This document shows, one piece after another, positions 35,052-48,166 of a stretch of 64,000 nucleotides of DNA. Numbering within the stretch: the first letter of the stretch is position 1; each line of letters starts with the position of its first letter. The translations under genes and the position numbers were made by a program. Source of the stretch: Vermamoeba vermiformis (taxonomy: Eukaryota). Under the pieces are notes generated by a model, which searched no databases, was not told the DNA's origin, and was given only the letters and a program-made list of their open reading frames with translations. The stretch spans positions 1 through 64,000 of the forward strand of contig JBEWZL010000036.1 of the NCBI GenBank assembly GCA_045837725.1. Reading direction: 5' to 3'.

Positions 35052-35628
35052 GGCAGTAGTTAATAATATATGCAGGTGTGGTGTTGCGTTTTGGCTGTTT
35101 AGTTCAAATGCAGAATTCTCCGTTCCGATCGGTTTTAACCTTCTAGGCACGTGGTTCAGTCTAGAACCTTCCTTCCGTTATGAGAACCACCTACGATATG
35201 GAATAACAACCGGAATATTATAATATGATCTTAATCGGGATACAGTTCATCATGAGAGCGCTAGATTTGTCTGAACGGAAGCTCGGATATTTTAAAAACA
35301 ATTACTTCATAATTATTCACTAAAAAAGCTAGGAATAATTCAAGTAATTATTGGAAATAATCTCGATGCTAAAACCGATTTTATAATAAAGACCGTTCTG
35401 GATGTTGAAAGATCAAGAAACACGCAATGCACTTCGCTGTTAATCATACCTAGTTAGGTACAATATGATAGAGCTCTCAATATATATAAAATGTTGCTTG
35501 AGGTCCGCTGACAAGACTAGCACTGTTACCAGCCTTGAAATCAGAACTCAAACTCAGTAATTTTTTAGTTCGCCAAATCATCAACACCAGGCATAATACT
35601 AGCACTATATATATAGCACTCCTACACT

Positions 35629-38051
35629 ATGAGCACTGGTCTGCACATCAACAACATCCTCGGTGTAGGCACTGCCAGACACGTGCACTCGTTGTTGCAG
35701 TCACCGCACGATCTCGATACAGTGGGTGCGTGGTACTCCGTCCATATTAAATAGGACATTGAATATTAATATCAGCGCTATGCAGCTCGAATAAATCAAC
35801 TTAAATTCTGCGCTGCAAGACTTTAACTGCCGTTCAATTTCGATTTAAATTCAAATATTCAGCCAATTAAATTCTGCTGTACCCTGCACTAATACAGTCA
35901 TATTTAGATATGCCCATGGGACCTTGCGTGCTTCGTTGGTAAGATCTCAGATCACACAATTTCCTATTTTGGCAATGGTCACTGACTCCCTCTCATAGGC
36001 ATTTCAGTGAACAGCGACGCGTGTTCATGAAACAACTGCACGCAGATGGCATCACCAATCTCTTGCGCGCACCGCACCGCCAAGATGTGATCTGCACCAC
36101 CTCGTACGTCACGTGCCCTAATATAGACCTGCCTTATAACTGCAGCTAATCACGTGCTCAGGTACGGCGGTGAATTCAGATTTTGGCGCGCAGACGAGTA
36201 CACGCCGCTGACCCCCGCAGTGCACGTGTCAGTGGCCAATCACGTGACGCGCAGCACGCCCATCATGCACGCGAGTTGGAGCAGCGACGGACGCTACTTG
36301 GCGCTGAGTTCATTTCACCACGGCGTCGAGCCTGGCGCTGATTTGTTGCTCGAGCGGAATTATTCGTTCATCTCCGTGTACGAGCTCAGTCAGGGACTCG
36401 GTACGTGCTGCTGTTTGACACTTTTGACATCTGACACGTGACTGCAGATCAGCCCAAATTAGTCGCGCAACAGTGCGGAATATTTGATGGCCTGTGCGAG
36501 TGGCACGCGACTGACACGTGTCAAGTGCTGATCATCGCGGAGAACAGACCTGTCACTCAGTGGCACGAGCAGGTCACCACCAAAGACGATGAAATTCCGC
36601 TGCTGCACGTACTGCGCAGTGACACGTGGCAGCTGTCATCGACCAGGGCAGCAGCGCGACCCATATCGGGCATGATCTACGACAAGTCACGTGGTCAGGT
36701 GATTGTCGCGCACATTGACCGCACACTCTCCACGTGGACTGTCAGCGCGCAGCTCACCGTCAGTCACGTGCGCACGAGTGGCACACTGCCAGGCTCAGGA
36801 CGCATCTTGTGTCCCGCGGTGCTGTCAGACAGTCACGTGATTGTCGCGCCGAGTGAACAGGGCCACTATTATTCCGTGCCCATCGAGCACGTGACTGCAG
36901 CTGTCAACCCCGCCAAGACACATGTCACTCCGGGGCTCGTGTACACCTTGGTCCAGTCCATTGTTGACACGTGTCATTTGTGGATTTGCAATGATTCAGG
37001 CGTGCACCGCGCTAAATTTAGCATTACGCACAACGAGGGCGCACCGCAGCTAAAAATAGAACAGTTGCAATCCATCACGTGCTTTGAACTCGCCTGTTGT
37101 GGCCTGGACATCTGTCGCGCCACTGGCAATCACGTGGCCGTCGGAGATTTGACTGGTCGCGTGGTCGTGTGGGACATTTCCCAGCCCACGCCAAAAAAGG
37201 TAATCAACACCGAGGCCATGATCCGCTCGCTGACGTGGTGGCACGAGCACGACATTCAGTACGGCACGCTCAGCGGTGAAATCTACACGTGGTCTGTCAA
37301 CAGCGCACTCGCACCGAGTCTCGTGACAAGTGTGACAGGTGGTGTCACGTGTCTCGCGTGGGATCCGATCAGCCAATCAGTGCTCGCGGCTTCCACCACG
37401 GAAGGTCAGGTGTTCATTCTGTCACGCGCGCATGATGGCACGTGGCACCAGATCGGACTGATCGAAGCACGTGATCAGCAGCCCTACGTCAGCTCGCGCG
37501 AGATTTGGTCCGTGGCGTGGAGTCCTTGCGGAAATTTCTTGGCAACAGGCGGTGAAGATCGCATGACACACCTTCACCGAGTGCAGCGAGTGACAGGTGT
37601 CAAAGTAGAGCCCAAGCCAGAGCACGTGTTGCACGAGAAGAGTGCGGCAGTGACGTGTTTGGACTGGCAAATTGACAGCACGAACAGCGCGGTGTTGGCA
37701 GTGAGTTCAGACGACTGCACCGTGCACTGCTGGCAAGTGATTCATGAACGAGATCACGTGCCCGTCATTCGCGGAGTACTGCGCACCGACAGACGACAGC
37801 TGATGATCACGTACTGCGCCCTCGAACAGCGCGGCACTCGTCTGTTCTGCGGCACCATGGGTGGCTCGGTGTGGCACTGTCACGTGACTGATTGCGACAG
37901 CACGACAGCACACGTCAGACCGCACTTTGGCAGTGTGGAGGGACTGCGGGCCATGTCTTTGCCTGATTTGGGCATCACTCGTGTCGTCACGTGCGCCTCT
38001 GATCTCACTGTGCAGATCACTGATTATCCGATCGATCGAAGGAACTTGTAA
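35629..38051 (+). CDS. WD40-repeat protein
   Basis: WD repeats VAVGDLTGRVVVWD, VTCLAWD, IWSVAWSPCGNFLATGGED, VTCLDW..SSDDCTVHCW. Confidence 0.8.
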
Positions 38052-38293
38052 TATGTACATACAAAGTAAAGGCGGTTGACCAGTAAAACGCGCGTAAATA
38101 GATTCAATAAGCAGCCCTCAGAGATTGGACAGTGTCGACTGCTGAAGGGTGAGTGGCTGTGGCTTGACATTGTTCTTCATTGAATACTTGCAGTACAACT
38201 TGGCTCGAGCTGCAAAGATGCAAATATTGTAGAATTTCGCTTGACTGGCTCATAGAACAATAATGCATAAAAGTGAGCAATTTATTTCCTCAT

Positions 38294-40119
38294 TTAGTAA
38301 ACATAAGGCACAATGCGGTAGGGCACAGCGCGACAGTACTTGTCCCAGTCCTCTTTGCCGTACTTGAGGATGCACCACTCGTTGTCGCGTCGCTCGCGCT
38401 GGATCAACAAGATGGTCAAGAAGATCGCGTTCGTGAACGGCGCAATGTTCAGTGCCATGCAGGGCAAGCCCAGTGCCCAGGCCACGATCAGATCGCCAAA
38501 GTAGTTGGGTTTGCGCGAGTAGGCCCAGAGTCCCGACACGAGCAGATCTCGGCCCTTGCTCGTGCGCACCACGCGCGGCGCTTGACCAGCGATGAGTGCC
38601 GTGGGATCTGCGCGGAACTTGCGGCGCTGTTCATTGGCCACACCGAAGATGTAGTAGCCGAGGAAGAACACCGCGAGCATGGCAGCGATGGTGAGGGGCG
38701 TGAGGGTGCGCGGTGCAGCGAGGGCAGTCCACTCGGGCATGGTGTAGCCGAAGGGCAGCAGCACGGTGTTGCCCCAAGTCAAGCCCCAGCCCATGTGCTC
38801 CACGGTGAAGTCAATCATGCCTGGCTGGTGGTCAGTGCGGGCTATATGGATTGGGCAGTGTACTTACCGAGCACATAGGTCTCGTTGAAGAAGTAGTGGA
38901 AGATGTAGATCTGGTGGAACAGCACGACCAGCACCATCGAGGCCGTCACTGCACCGCTCTGCAGGTACTGTTGATAGGCCAGCAATAGTGCCACCACTCC
39001 CCAGCCACTCAGCGCACGACCTTCGAGGTACCACTTGAGATCTGACACCACCACGTTGAAGAAGCGCGGATTTGGTTCGTAACCGTGGAAGAAGTCGACG
39101 AACAAGTTGCCGTGCGGCAGTCCTTGCTTGAACAGCGCACCCTTCGCATAGAGCAATATGGCAATAGAATAGGCGAACAACTGCGCGACACTGAGCACGG
39201 CACCGAACTCGCGCATGAAGATCTGCATCTTGCTGCTGTCCAACACGCCTGAGTAGACGCAGCCAGCGAATACAGCGAGTGTGAGTACATAGGAGCTGAG
39301 ACCATTCACCTTGTACACGTAGCGTTGTCCGACGGGTGCGGTGGGCCAGCCAGTGAAGTACTGCGCGGATGTGGTCAGTAGCGTGCAGGAGAGCAATACT
39401 GGAGCGTAGGTGCGTGATATATGCTCACTACTATTGTATATAGTGCTGTCTTACCTGACCTGGCAAGAGGATGTGCAGTGCGTACTGGCTAATGAACCAG
39501 CCGAAGAAGATCAGAGCCTGTGCAGCAGAGATTAGTGCGAGGAGACAAGTGCCGCGTTACAAGATAGCACGTCTGTATTAGTGTTGTATTTAGATGGCGT
39601 TGATTCGAACAAATAGTCCATAACAAAGTAACGATGGACCGCCAACTGTCACGCGATCCATTGCAAAAAACTTTTGTAACAAAATGGCTAGACTACAACC
39701 GTATTTAATAGGCATTGTTATTATTAATTTACTATTATTATTAGATATTCGTACCATTACGCAAGATATTTTTCATCGCAGTAATAAAAAAATTACGCCA
39801 CAGATATTATTCACACGGCCAATATTATACTAGACTACGATATATTACTTACGCCCATATAAGTCGGGGCAGGGAACAACAATTTGAGTGCATCCACGAG
39901 AGGAAGAGCGCGCAGGGCATTGAAACCATCGATCTCAGAGCACTGATGCTGGGAGCAGCTGAAGTATAAGAAGTTGACAAAGGTGCTCAGACCTAACATA
40001 ATAGCAATGCAGCCAATAGGACCCGCCATCAGGGCGACGTCGGGGAACGGATCCGAACTCGCTGCTTTGGCTGCAACGGCTTGGTCCGCTTGCTTAGCGG
40101 GAGACTTGTTGCTCTTCAT
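38294..40119 (-). CDS. Sterol reductase (ERG4/ERG24/LBR/DHCR7 family)
   Basis: YKVNGL, DFFHGYEPNPR, LLVSGLWAYSRKPNYFGD, RERRDNEWCILKYGKEDWDKYC..VPYRIVPYVY. Confidence 0.9.
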
Positions 40120-40261
40120 AGTGCTATGTACTGTATACTCGTTGTTAATAACAGCCCGACAACAAATAGCCGGTTTTCGGGCTAACAATTGCTCCGTGAT
40201 CAGCTGAAATCAAATTAGCACGCGTTACGCCTACAGAACACAACAGCACTCAGAGTCAATA

Positions 40262-40959
40262 TGGAGCTACTTACTAAGGACAAGGTGCAAGAGCTGTTCA
40301 ACTTCAAAGAACTGAGCTTCACAGACAACGCACTGGTCAACAAGAAGATTGACAGCGCCAAGATGTAAGTGACGCACTGTAACAGCTGCCCTGCTCACTG
40401 CAGTGTATTTTAGACCGATAGTTGTGGGCTATGGAGTCGATTGGTTTATTCCTGCCAGAAAAACGTGAGTTTGTTTAATTATAATAATTCAAATTGATTT
40501 AATGTGATAAATCTGACTTTGTGACAATGACACAGATTAGAGGCACTAGCAGAGGTGTCGCAAGCAGGAGTTGAGATATATTTAGTAGATCAAGAGCAGT
40601 CTCCTAGCGTTTGTCGCGAGAACAACGTACAACGTAAGACAGCCACATCCACCCTCATAATATAAATATTCAATGGAATCAGACAACACTCCTTCTGTTC
40701 ATATATATATAATACCCACGTATACTCATCACTGCTCACAGTAGGCACGCCATTCGTCAAGGTCTATCACCAGGGCAAAGCAATGCCGTTCAAATTCAAC
40801 GCGTACTCCGATGTGTCGCAGAGTCACGTGATCGATGCCAAAAAAGGCGATGAGCGATTGATGATTGGTGCACTCACGCGCCGTCACGCCACGACACTGG
40901 TCTCTGCGGCAGTGAAGGCGATTAACAGACACGAGAAGTCAATTGAAATCATTTGGTAA
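40262..40959 (+). CDS. Small thioredoxin-fold-like protein lacking CxxC
   Basis: Spliced PIVVGYGVDWFIPARKT|LEALAE..IYLVDQEQSPSVCRENNVQ|PVGTPFVKVYHQGK. Confidence 0.5.
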
Positions 40960-41467
40960 CGGCACACTAGGCGCAGTGTTATTATGACGGGGCTAGAGAG
41001 AGGGAGGGAGATAGATAGAGCGGTGAGATAGAGAGGGGCAGATAAGAGTAGAAAGCGTTATTTATTTGTGTAGTGCTGCACTGCCCCTACTCGTACCTGC
41101 ACCTCATACCAGTACTCATCACTGGAACATGCCTGCTGCACTGTATTCGTCATACTATAGCACTGTATTCATCACTCCATAGCACTATCACCACTACCAC
41201 TATATTCATGACTGCACTATTCTCCAATACAGCGCAATACCATTCATGCACCTGTGAAATGTCAGTGTACGGCAAGAGTCAGCTGACGTAATAAACATTT
41301 GCATCGGTACCCTCACCCATTCTATTATTATATCCTCTATCTATTATCAACTGCAATTCTCAGCGGAATTCGATCCAGCTGGAATAATTCCGAGGGTTGT
41401 TTTTTTGCGTCAAAACAATGAAATTAGTTAAATCAACGCGATCACAACCAGCAGCACAGTAGTTGAT

Positions 41468-42559
41468 ATGACTAGGCCTATATTCTTCGTCGTAGCAGTG
41501 CTGCTGTGTTGTTTAAGCAGATTCACCTCTGCACAGCTCGACTGCACCTTTACTAATTTGAACGAGACACAATCGAGCATTGTCATCGATGGAACGTTAC
41601 AAGGTGCTTATTGCTATCAAATATTGTACGTAATTTTGCATTATTAATGTCGGTGGTTTATTTAATCCAAATTTAAAAACGTTAATTAAAATTCAAGTCT
41701 AATCTTTTCTTACAATAAATATTATTGTGCTATATAATATAAATTTCTAATGATAAATGCATAGTATAATGATATTGAAATTTTTAAACTTTACCCGAAC
41801 CAAATCCACCCGCAAACTCCGTTATTAATCCATAACTATTCAGTCCTACCATCGGAATTGGTAGTGAGGTTCAGTACATCAACTTAACCATCTCCAACTA
41901 CACGCTGGGTGACGCTATCATGGCGTTCTATGATCTGGCGCCGATCAATCAAAAGCTGCTTGGCTCGCTCACTGGCGCGTACAGCGGTGAGGTGCAGGTC
42001 TCGAGCACGACTGGCACGCTGTGGATCATCATGCAGACCAAGGACAAACTCGCGGCACCTGTCACCGTCAATCTGCGCTGGCAGTCCAGTCTCAGCATTG
42101 TAAGTGCTGTTCACTGAACCACTGATTCATGAACCACTCTGACACTGCACCAGGGCAACATCCCCTCCTTCGCGCTGTTCGTGGGCTTGATACTGATGCT
42201 CATCGTGCCGTTCTTGGTGCTGCTCATTGTCACGCTCACCATTCGTCGCCGTGAAGCGCGTCGCGTGCAGCAACTGATGCGCGATGCGGAACAGGGCACG
42301 GACAATCCGATTGGTGCGTGGTCACGTGATTTGAAGTGCTTTTGGTACGCGCGAACTGACACTTTCCTAAATAGGCAAAAAGCACCGCGCAGCCCTGCCG
42401 AAGAGCAAAGTGGTGGGCAATCAACTGATCACCGTGAAGCCACCGCCAACCAAAGCCGAGCACGTGATCATGTGGCTGTCGATTGGCGTCACGATCTTGT
42501 TCTTCGTGCTGCTGTTCACGGGGGCATTCTCGTTCTCATTCCACGACATTGGATTGTAA
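41468..42559 (+). CDS. Signal-peptide membrane protein with a CUB-like ectodomain and two TM segments
   Basis: Signal peptide MTRPIFFVVAVLLCCLS. Ectodomain YCYQI..INLTISNYTL..SSTTGTLWIIM. TMs FALFVGLILMLIVPFLVLLIV and IMWLSIGVTILFFVLLF. Confidence 0.55.
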
Positions 42560-42743
42560 GCGCGATTTGCAAGGACCGCGCAACTGTAATATATTGATGA
42601 TAAAGAATGTGTTCATATGCTCTGCGTCCTCGTGTGCTTGATAGTGCTGTGTTTGATGTAGTTCACTCGTCCTCGTAGTGTAACTCGTGCCATTCACTGC
42701 GCAATTATTTTTGTTAGCATTGATCTGACAGCGAACACTGGTC

Positions 42744-44441
42744 ATGTTTTCAGCGCGACTGGTTCAACGTATGTATTTAATATTATTGGCGTACTATCTC
42801 TCTTATGGAATTCAAAGCAATGTTACTAGCGACAAGATCTGGATCTGACAAAGAATAATTAAAATAATTTTAAAAAATAGGGCTTAACCAGCGAGTGGTC
42901 GGAAGAACAACGTACACAAATAATACAACCACTAATATTAAAAACAATCGATTTTCAACTTCAAAACAACGACGCAATGCAGATGAGAACAAACAATTGC
43001 AAAACAACGCTGAATCAGGCCCTAAGCATGTAAATAAACAGACTGCGAGTCAGACACCGGCGACGCATCAAGTACGCATGCCTGGTGAGGGCGCAAGCAC
43101 GCGCTTCAAAGTCGGCTTGTTGGCTGGATCTGTTGCCCTTGCACTGTTCGGTGAGTTCACTCAGCCAGTACTCGCATTCATTGCATGTGTATATCGCACA
43201 CGAGTATATATGTGCACTTATAAGGACTGCAACTATTTTGGATGGAGATAAGCAGCCAGATCTGCAGATCCGCTTCCTTTCTTTGCACTGCACAGTACTC
43301 TTCACCACATACATTACAGCGATATATATATATGCAACCAATACTCACACGCTACGCACTACAGGAGGCTATTTGCTGGGTCGTCAAGCCACACAACGAG
43401 GTCCGCGCCAAACACTGAGTGCGCGCATTGCTCAGCTGATCGATCAGATTGACAGCGAGATCTGTACGTCCTAGTGATATTAATATATATATATACACGC
43501 CTGCTGCGACTAACACTGCACCAGCCACGCGTCTGCACCGCTACGTGTTTGGTCCCGTGCAGACGATGAGTCTCTCGTACTTGAGTGCTGCGCGCATCAC
43601 ACACAAGCTCGCAGAACGACTCAGCGCGGGCACACTGACACTCGACGACGAGGGACGACACCGCGCACGACTGCCCCCGCCCCTGCCACACCCTTTCGTG
43701 CGACCACTGACGGTGCTCATCTCGCTCGAAGCAGCCATGTACTACAGCGATCGATCGCAAGCTGATGCACTGCTGTTGAAGGACTTGTTGACGGACGAGA
43801 ATCGCGTGGCCAAGGCCCTGGCAGCGAGTGAGGACGAGATCATTGCAGACCCACAGCTGCGCACCATTCGTCAACTCGCGCGTGCTGGTGCGGCGGACAG
43901 CGAGATCAAGCCGCGCAAGCGACCAGGTCTGGACAACTTCCTCGCACACCTCGCGCCACAAGTGGAGCTGATTGTGTACACCGATCAGCCCATCTACAAC
44001 GCCGAGCCCATCATTGAGCGCATGGACCAGGACGAGCTGCTCGATTACACCCTGACGCGCGAGAACGGTCTGGTGGCGTACGACATGCCGCTGAAAGATC
44101 TGACGCGCATTGGTCGTGATCTGCGCAGCTGTGTGGTGATTGACTGCAAGCCCGCCACGCTGCAGACTGACAACTTGCTGCTCGTGTCGGACTGGGACGG
44201 CAACAGACAGGACTCGGATCTGTTGGACATTGTGCCCTTCCTCGAGTGTACGTAGTGCTGCTCACTAGTGGTGACCGCTAACTGACCTCATTCAGATCTG
44301 TCGCGCCACGCCAAGCAAGGTGGAGATGTGCGCGACATCTTGCGCCAGTACAAGGGCAAGAACATCCCTGCACTCTATCGCCAGCGCCGTGCTGGGCCTG
44401 GACAGGGTCAACAAGCTGCGAAGAAGTCTGGCTGGTTCTAG
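42744..44441 (+). CDS. TIM50: Mitochondrial import translocase Tim50-like (NIF/FCP1 domain)
   Basis: Presequence-like N-terminus and a TM segment, then LPPPLPHP..LTVLISLE..KRPGLDNFL..ELIVYT..KDLTRIGRDL..VVID..WDG..DSDLLDIVPFLE. Confidence 0.8.
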
Positions 44442-44762
44442 TGCGCACGTGCATTCACTCGTGTAGTGCGCTGAACACACTGTTGTAAATAAATACTAAT
44501 AAAAAGAAGCGCGATCATATCCAGTTGTTGGTGTGAATGAGCAGCGTACGAACACGCGAGTGATTATGAGAGGATGATTATATTGGATTGGCGGCGTTGA
44601 TACATTCGTCCTCCGCGTTACATTAGCATTGATCATGGATGGAGCACGCATTCACTTGAATGATTCTGTTTATTCGCAACAGCTGCACATATATATATCA
44701 CAAGTTCGCTATTGTTCCTTAGCCCCCTTATTATCAACCCCCACTTCAATCCCTCTGTGTTG

Positions 44763-45582
44763 TTACTTCTTCTTCTTGTCGTCCTTCTTACTATCGCTCT
44801 TCTTAGCATCGCTCTTCTTAGTGTCGCCCTTCGCTGCACTCTTCGCTGCTTGACGACGCTTCTCGGGCAGACCTTGCTTCTCGATCTCCGCGTCTTTGGC
44901 TGCTGCTTTCTTCAGCGGGGCCTCGAAGTACTTGAGCACGCCGCTCAGACTCATGCCTTCACGTGCTCGCCACGCCTTCTCTTCCTCTGTCATCTCCGCA
45001 CTCAAATGTACGGGTTCTTTCACGCGCTTTTCGTCAATATTGCGCCACGGGTGACCTGGGGGATCCGATCAGCAATCGTGAAATCAATAGCCAAGTTTGT
45101 TAGATTAAAAAATGCTAGTGTGCAGTACCAATTATTGTTGATAATTTTAATGTGCACAAGAATTGCATACGGCCGGGATTAAACAAAAATAGCGAATATA
45201 AAAAATAATTCAAAAAAAATTATAATAAATCACCCAAAAATTATATAAGCATTACTAGTATTAACTTACGTTCTTTGACGTGTGATACAAGTGCGTAGAA
45301 TGAATAGGGCTCTGTAACAGCTAATTCAGCCAACATCTTGCGGTTCAAAGCAACATCCTCCTTGACGAGCGATGATATGAACTGCGAATAGACCATGCCG
45401 TGCTGACGAGTGGCAGCGTTGATTTGAGTCACCCACAGCTCGTGCATGCTTCGCTTTTTGGCCTTGCGATCCCGATACGAGTATTGCAATCCCTTGTGCA
45501 CCTTCTGACGTGCAACAGTCCACACATTCTTATTGCGGCCAAAATAGCCCTTAGCTAATTTGAATACTGCTGCTTTCTTCAT
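44763..45582 (-). CDS. MRPL20: Mitochondrial ribosomal protein bL20m
   Basis: FKLAKGYFGR..GLQYSYRDRKAKKR..LWVTQINAATRQHG..YSQF..LNRKMLAELAVTEP. Second exon gives a Lys-rich tail. Confidence 0.88.
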
Positions 45583-45788
45583 GGTGCTGTGGTTGATCCA
45601 GCAGTGTCGTTACAAAAAATGATATTAATAACGAGTCTGATGAATAAAATGACACGGGGGTAGGATTCAATCACAATTTAAATAAGGGGTTGATATTCAC
45701 AAGTGAGTACAGAGTTCTTTTACTTTCAGAGCTGTCCCGCGTCACTGCGAGGTCAGATCTGCCTGGACCGGTGCTCGGATGCAGCTGA

Positions 45789-48018
45789 TCACTTCCGCTT
45801 CAGGCTCTTCTGTCGCTGCAACACAGTGTCGACAGAGCTCGAGTAGCCAAACAGCTTGTTGTCGTTGACTTCGAGCAGTTTGAGGGCCTGTTGCAGCTTG
45901 GAGCCAGTGACGAGGTGCTTGAAGCTGAGCTTCTTGCCCTTCTGAAAGTGCGCGATCAGATCCGGCAGCGTGCTGTACTCCTGACCGTCGAACACGAAGC
46001 AGTCCTTGCGCTTCTGCACTCTGAAGTGCATGTACTCGCTCTGCTTGGTCTTGGCACTCACCGCGTAGTCGCCAGGCGTGGCGGACAAGCGCACCAAGAA
46101 CGAGCCAGGCTTCTCATCGACCAAGCGCCGCTCTGCGTCCTCGCGACTCATCTCGCCGAAGAAGCCGCTGTGTCAAGTGGTGAGTACTGGACAGACACAG
46201 CCTACTAGTGGTAGGTGGTACTTACTTGTGCGAGACAATGCCGTACACCTGCGTGATGAAGTTCTGACTTTTCATGAACGGACCGTACCACGCCAGAGCA
46301 CTGCCGAATTGTTCCACCGACACTTTGCCAGTCTCACCAAAGGCTGCTTTGAGACACACAAACTTGGGGTCAGTTTGATAGTCGCGCGGCACGACAATGT
46401 TGAGATAGGTGGCGAGCGAGACGAGGAACTTGCTCCAGGGCACATCGAACTCGGTCAGGAAGTACTTCTCCCAGAACAGCTTGCCTTCGTCGTCCTTGAT
46501 CGCCTCGTCCATGACAATGCGGTAGAAGATGTTCGACTCGGCAATCTGTTCGAAGCTCGGTCGTTGTGGCGGCTCTTGCATCGAACACCGCACGATCAAG
46601 TCGCGCAGTTGACGCGGACAGTCTTTCGGAATTTCGGGCCTGCGACCTTCCCGTCCTACCACGCGAATGAAATCTGCAAATGACACGTGTCAATCAGAGG
46701 TCCACACCGTACAGTAGCGCCACAGAAACTATTTCCAGACCGACTCACCTTCGACAGTGCGCAGCTGATCTTGCCAGGGATAGCGCTCTGTGACGAGTTC
46801 CCAGAGAATCATGCCGAACGAGTACACATCTGTTGACACGTGTCAGCGCTAATTATAGAAACGTGTCAAAATCACTTGCCTGTTTTGTCATCGAGCTTCT
46901 CAGGAGGTACACCTAAAAACACTTCAGGGGCCTGTGGTCCGAGGTCAGTGAACTGCACGCGAGTATACACAACGTATGTGCACTTGCCATGTAATTCGGA
47001 GTGCCACCAATCGAGTTCACTTTGCCCTTGAACTGCGAGATACCAAAGTCCGCGACCTTCACGACCCAGTTGTCATTCACGAGCAGATTGGCGGGCTTGA
47101 GGTCCAAGTGATAGATGCCCTGTTTGTGCAGCCAGTACATGCCCAGTGCCGTGTCGCGTGCAATCATCATCTTCTTGCGCATCGACAGCTTCTCTTTGCG
47201 CAGCAGCGTGTACACACTGCCCTTCGGCATCAGCTCCGTCACGATCTTCAGCTTGCCGCCCTCGGTGCACAGGCCCATGAACAGCAGCAAGTTCTCGTGG
47301 CGCAGACGCGTCAATATAGCCACTTCGTTCTTGAAGTCTTGCAGCACCGTCTCGTCCACATTGTCGTTCAAGATCTTCACCGCCACGTCTTTGCCGCGAC
47401 ATCGGCCCTTGTACACGGCTGCAAAGGCCCCTGAACCGAGACTGCTCTTGTAGTCTATCTTAATCTCGTTGTCTTTGATCTCCCACTGCGCCACTTCTCG
47501 ATCTGCCGAGTCACTCGGATTGTAGTCCTCTTGCTTGGCAGTGTTGAGCTTGGATATGGGGCCTATCAGGGGTATCTTGGTGCTCAGCAGTGTTGATTTA
47601 TCTGCGCATGTAACGGCAATTAATTTCAAAGTACAAGCGCAGATCAAGCGAATATTTTAATCGATAATTTAAGTTTAATGTAGATGTGATTGTATTAATT
47701 TAATAACTGGTTTAAATAATATTCTCATTAAACCAAGGAGATATATATATTTGGCGTATTGTCACTATAATTACCTCGTTTGTTTTTGAGTTCCAAGCGA
47801 CGCACTTCTTGTTTGAGTGCTAATAGCGATGCTTTTTTCATCTGATATGCATCTAATATTTTCTTTTCATCTTCTTCAAATAATTTGAGCTGCTCTGGGT
47901 CCTTTTGATTAATACCCAAAAAAGTTGCATCCAAGACTTCCATCTCAGACTCCAGCTTTTCTAGATCCTCGACAACGAGCTGCAGCTCTTCTAACTTTTC
48001 AGCTAACTCATCGTCCAT
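45789..48018 (-). CDS. TKL kinase with C-terminal SH2 domain (Dictyostelium SHK-like), N-terminal coiled coil
   Basis: LGSGAFAAVYKGRCRGKDVAVK, HLDLKPANLL, ADFG, APE, GKLFWEKYF, SH2 GFFGEMSREDAE..PGSFLVRLS. Confidence 0.88.
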
Positions 48019-48166
48019 GGTGCTCGAGTATACTGCTACGCTATGAATGCAATTCAGAGTTGTGCGCGTGACTTAATCGTGCCAGTTAAGTCCAGGCCAC
48101 TGACGTCACTTGTGGGCAAGGTGCGAGGTATTAGTATGAATAGTAGCAGCACTACCATGAGGCAAG

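Noticed and set aside
40995-41052. GA-rich tract
   Set aside because: Simple low-complexity sequence after a 3' end; no further structure.
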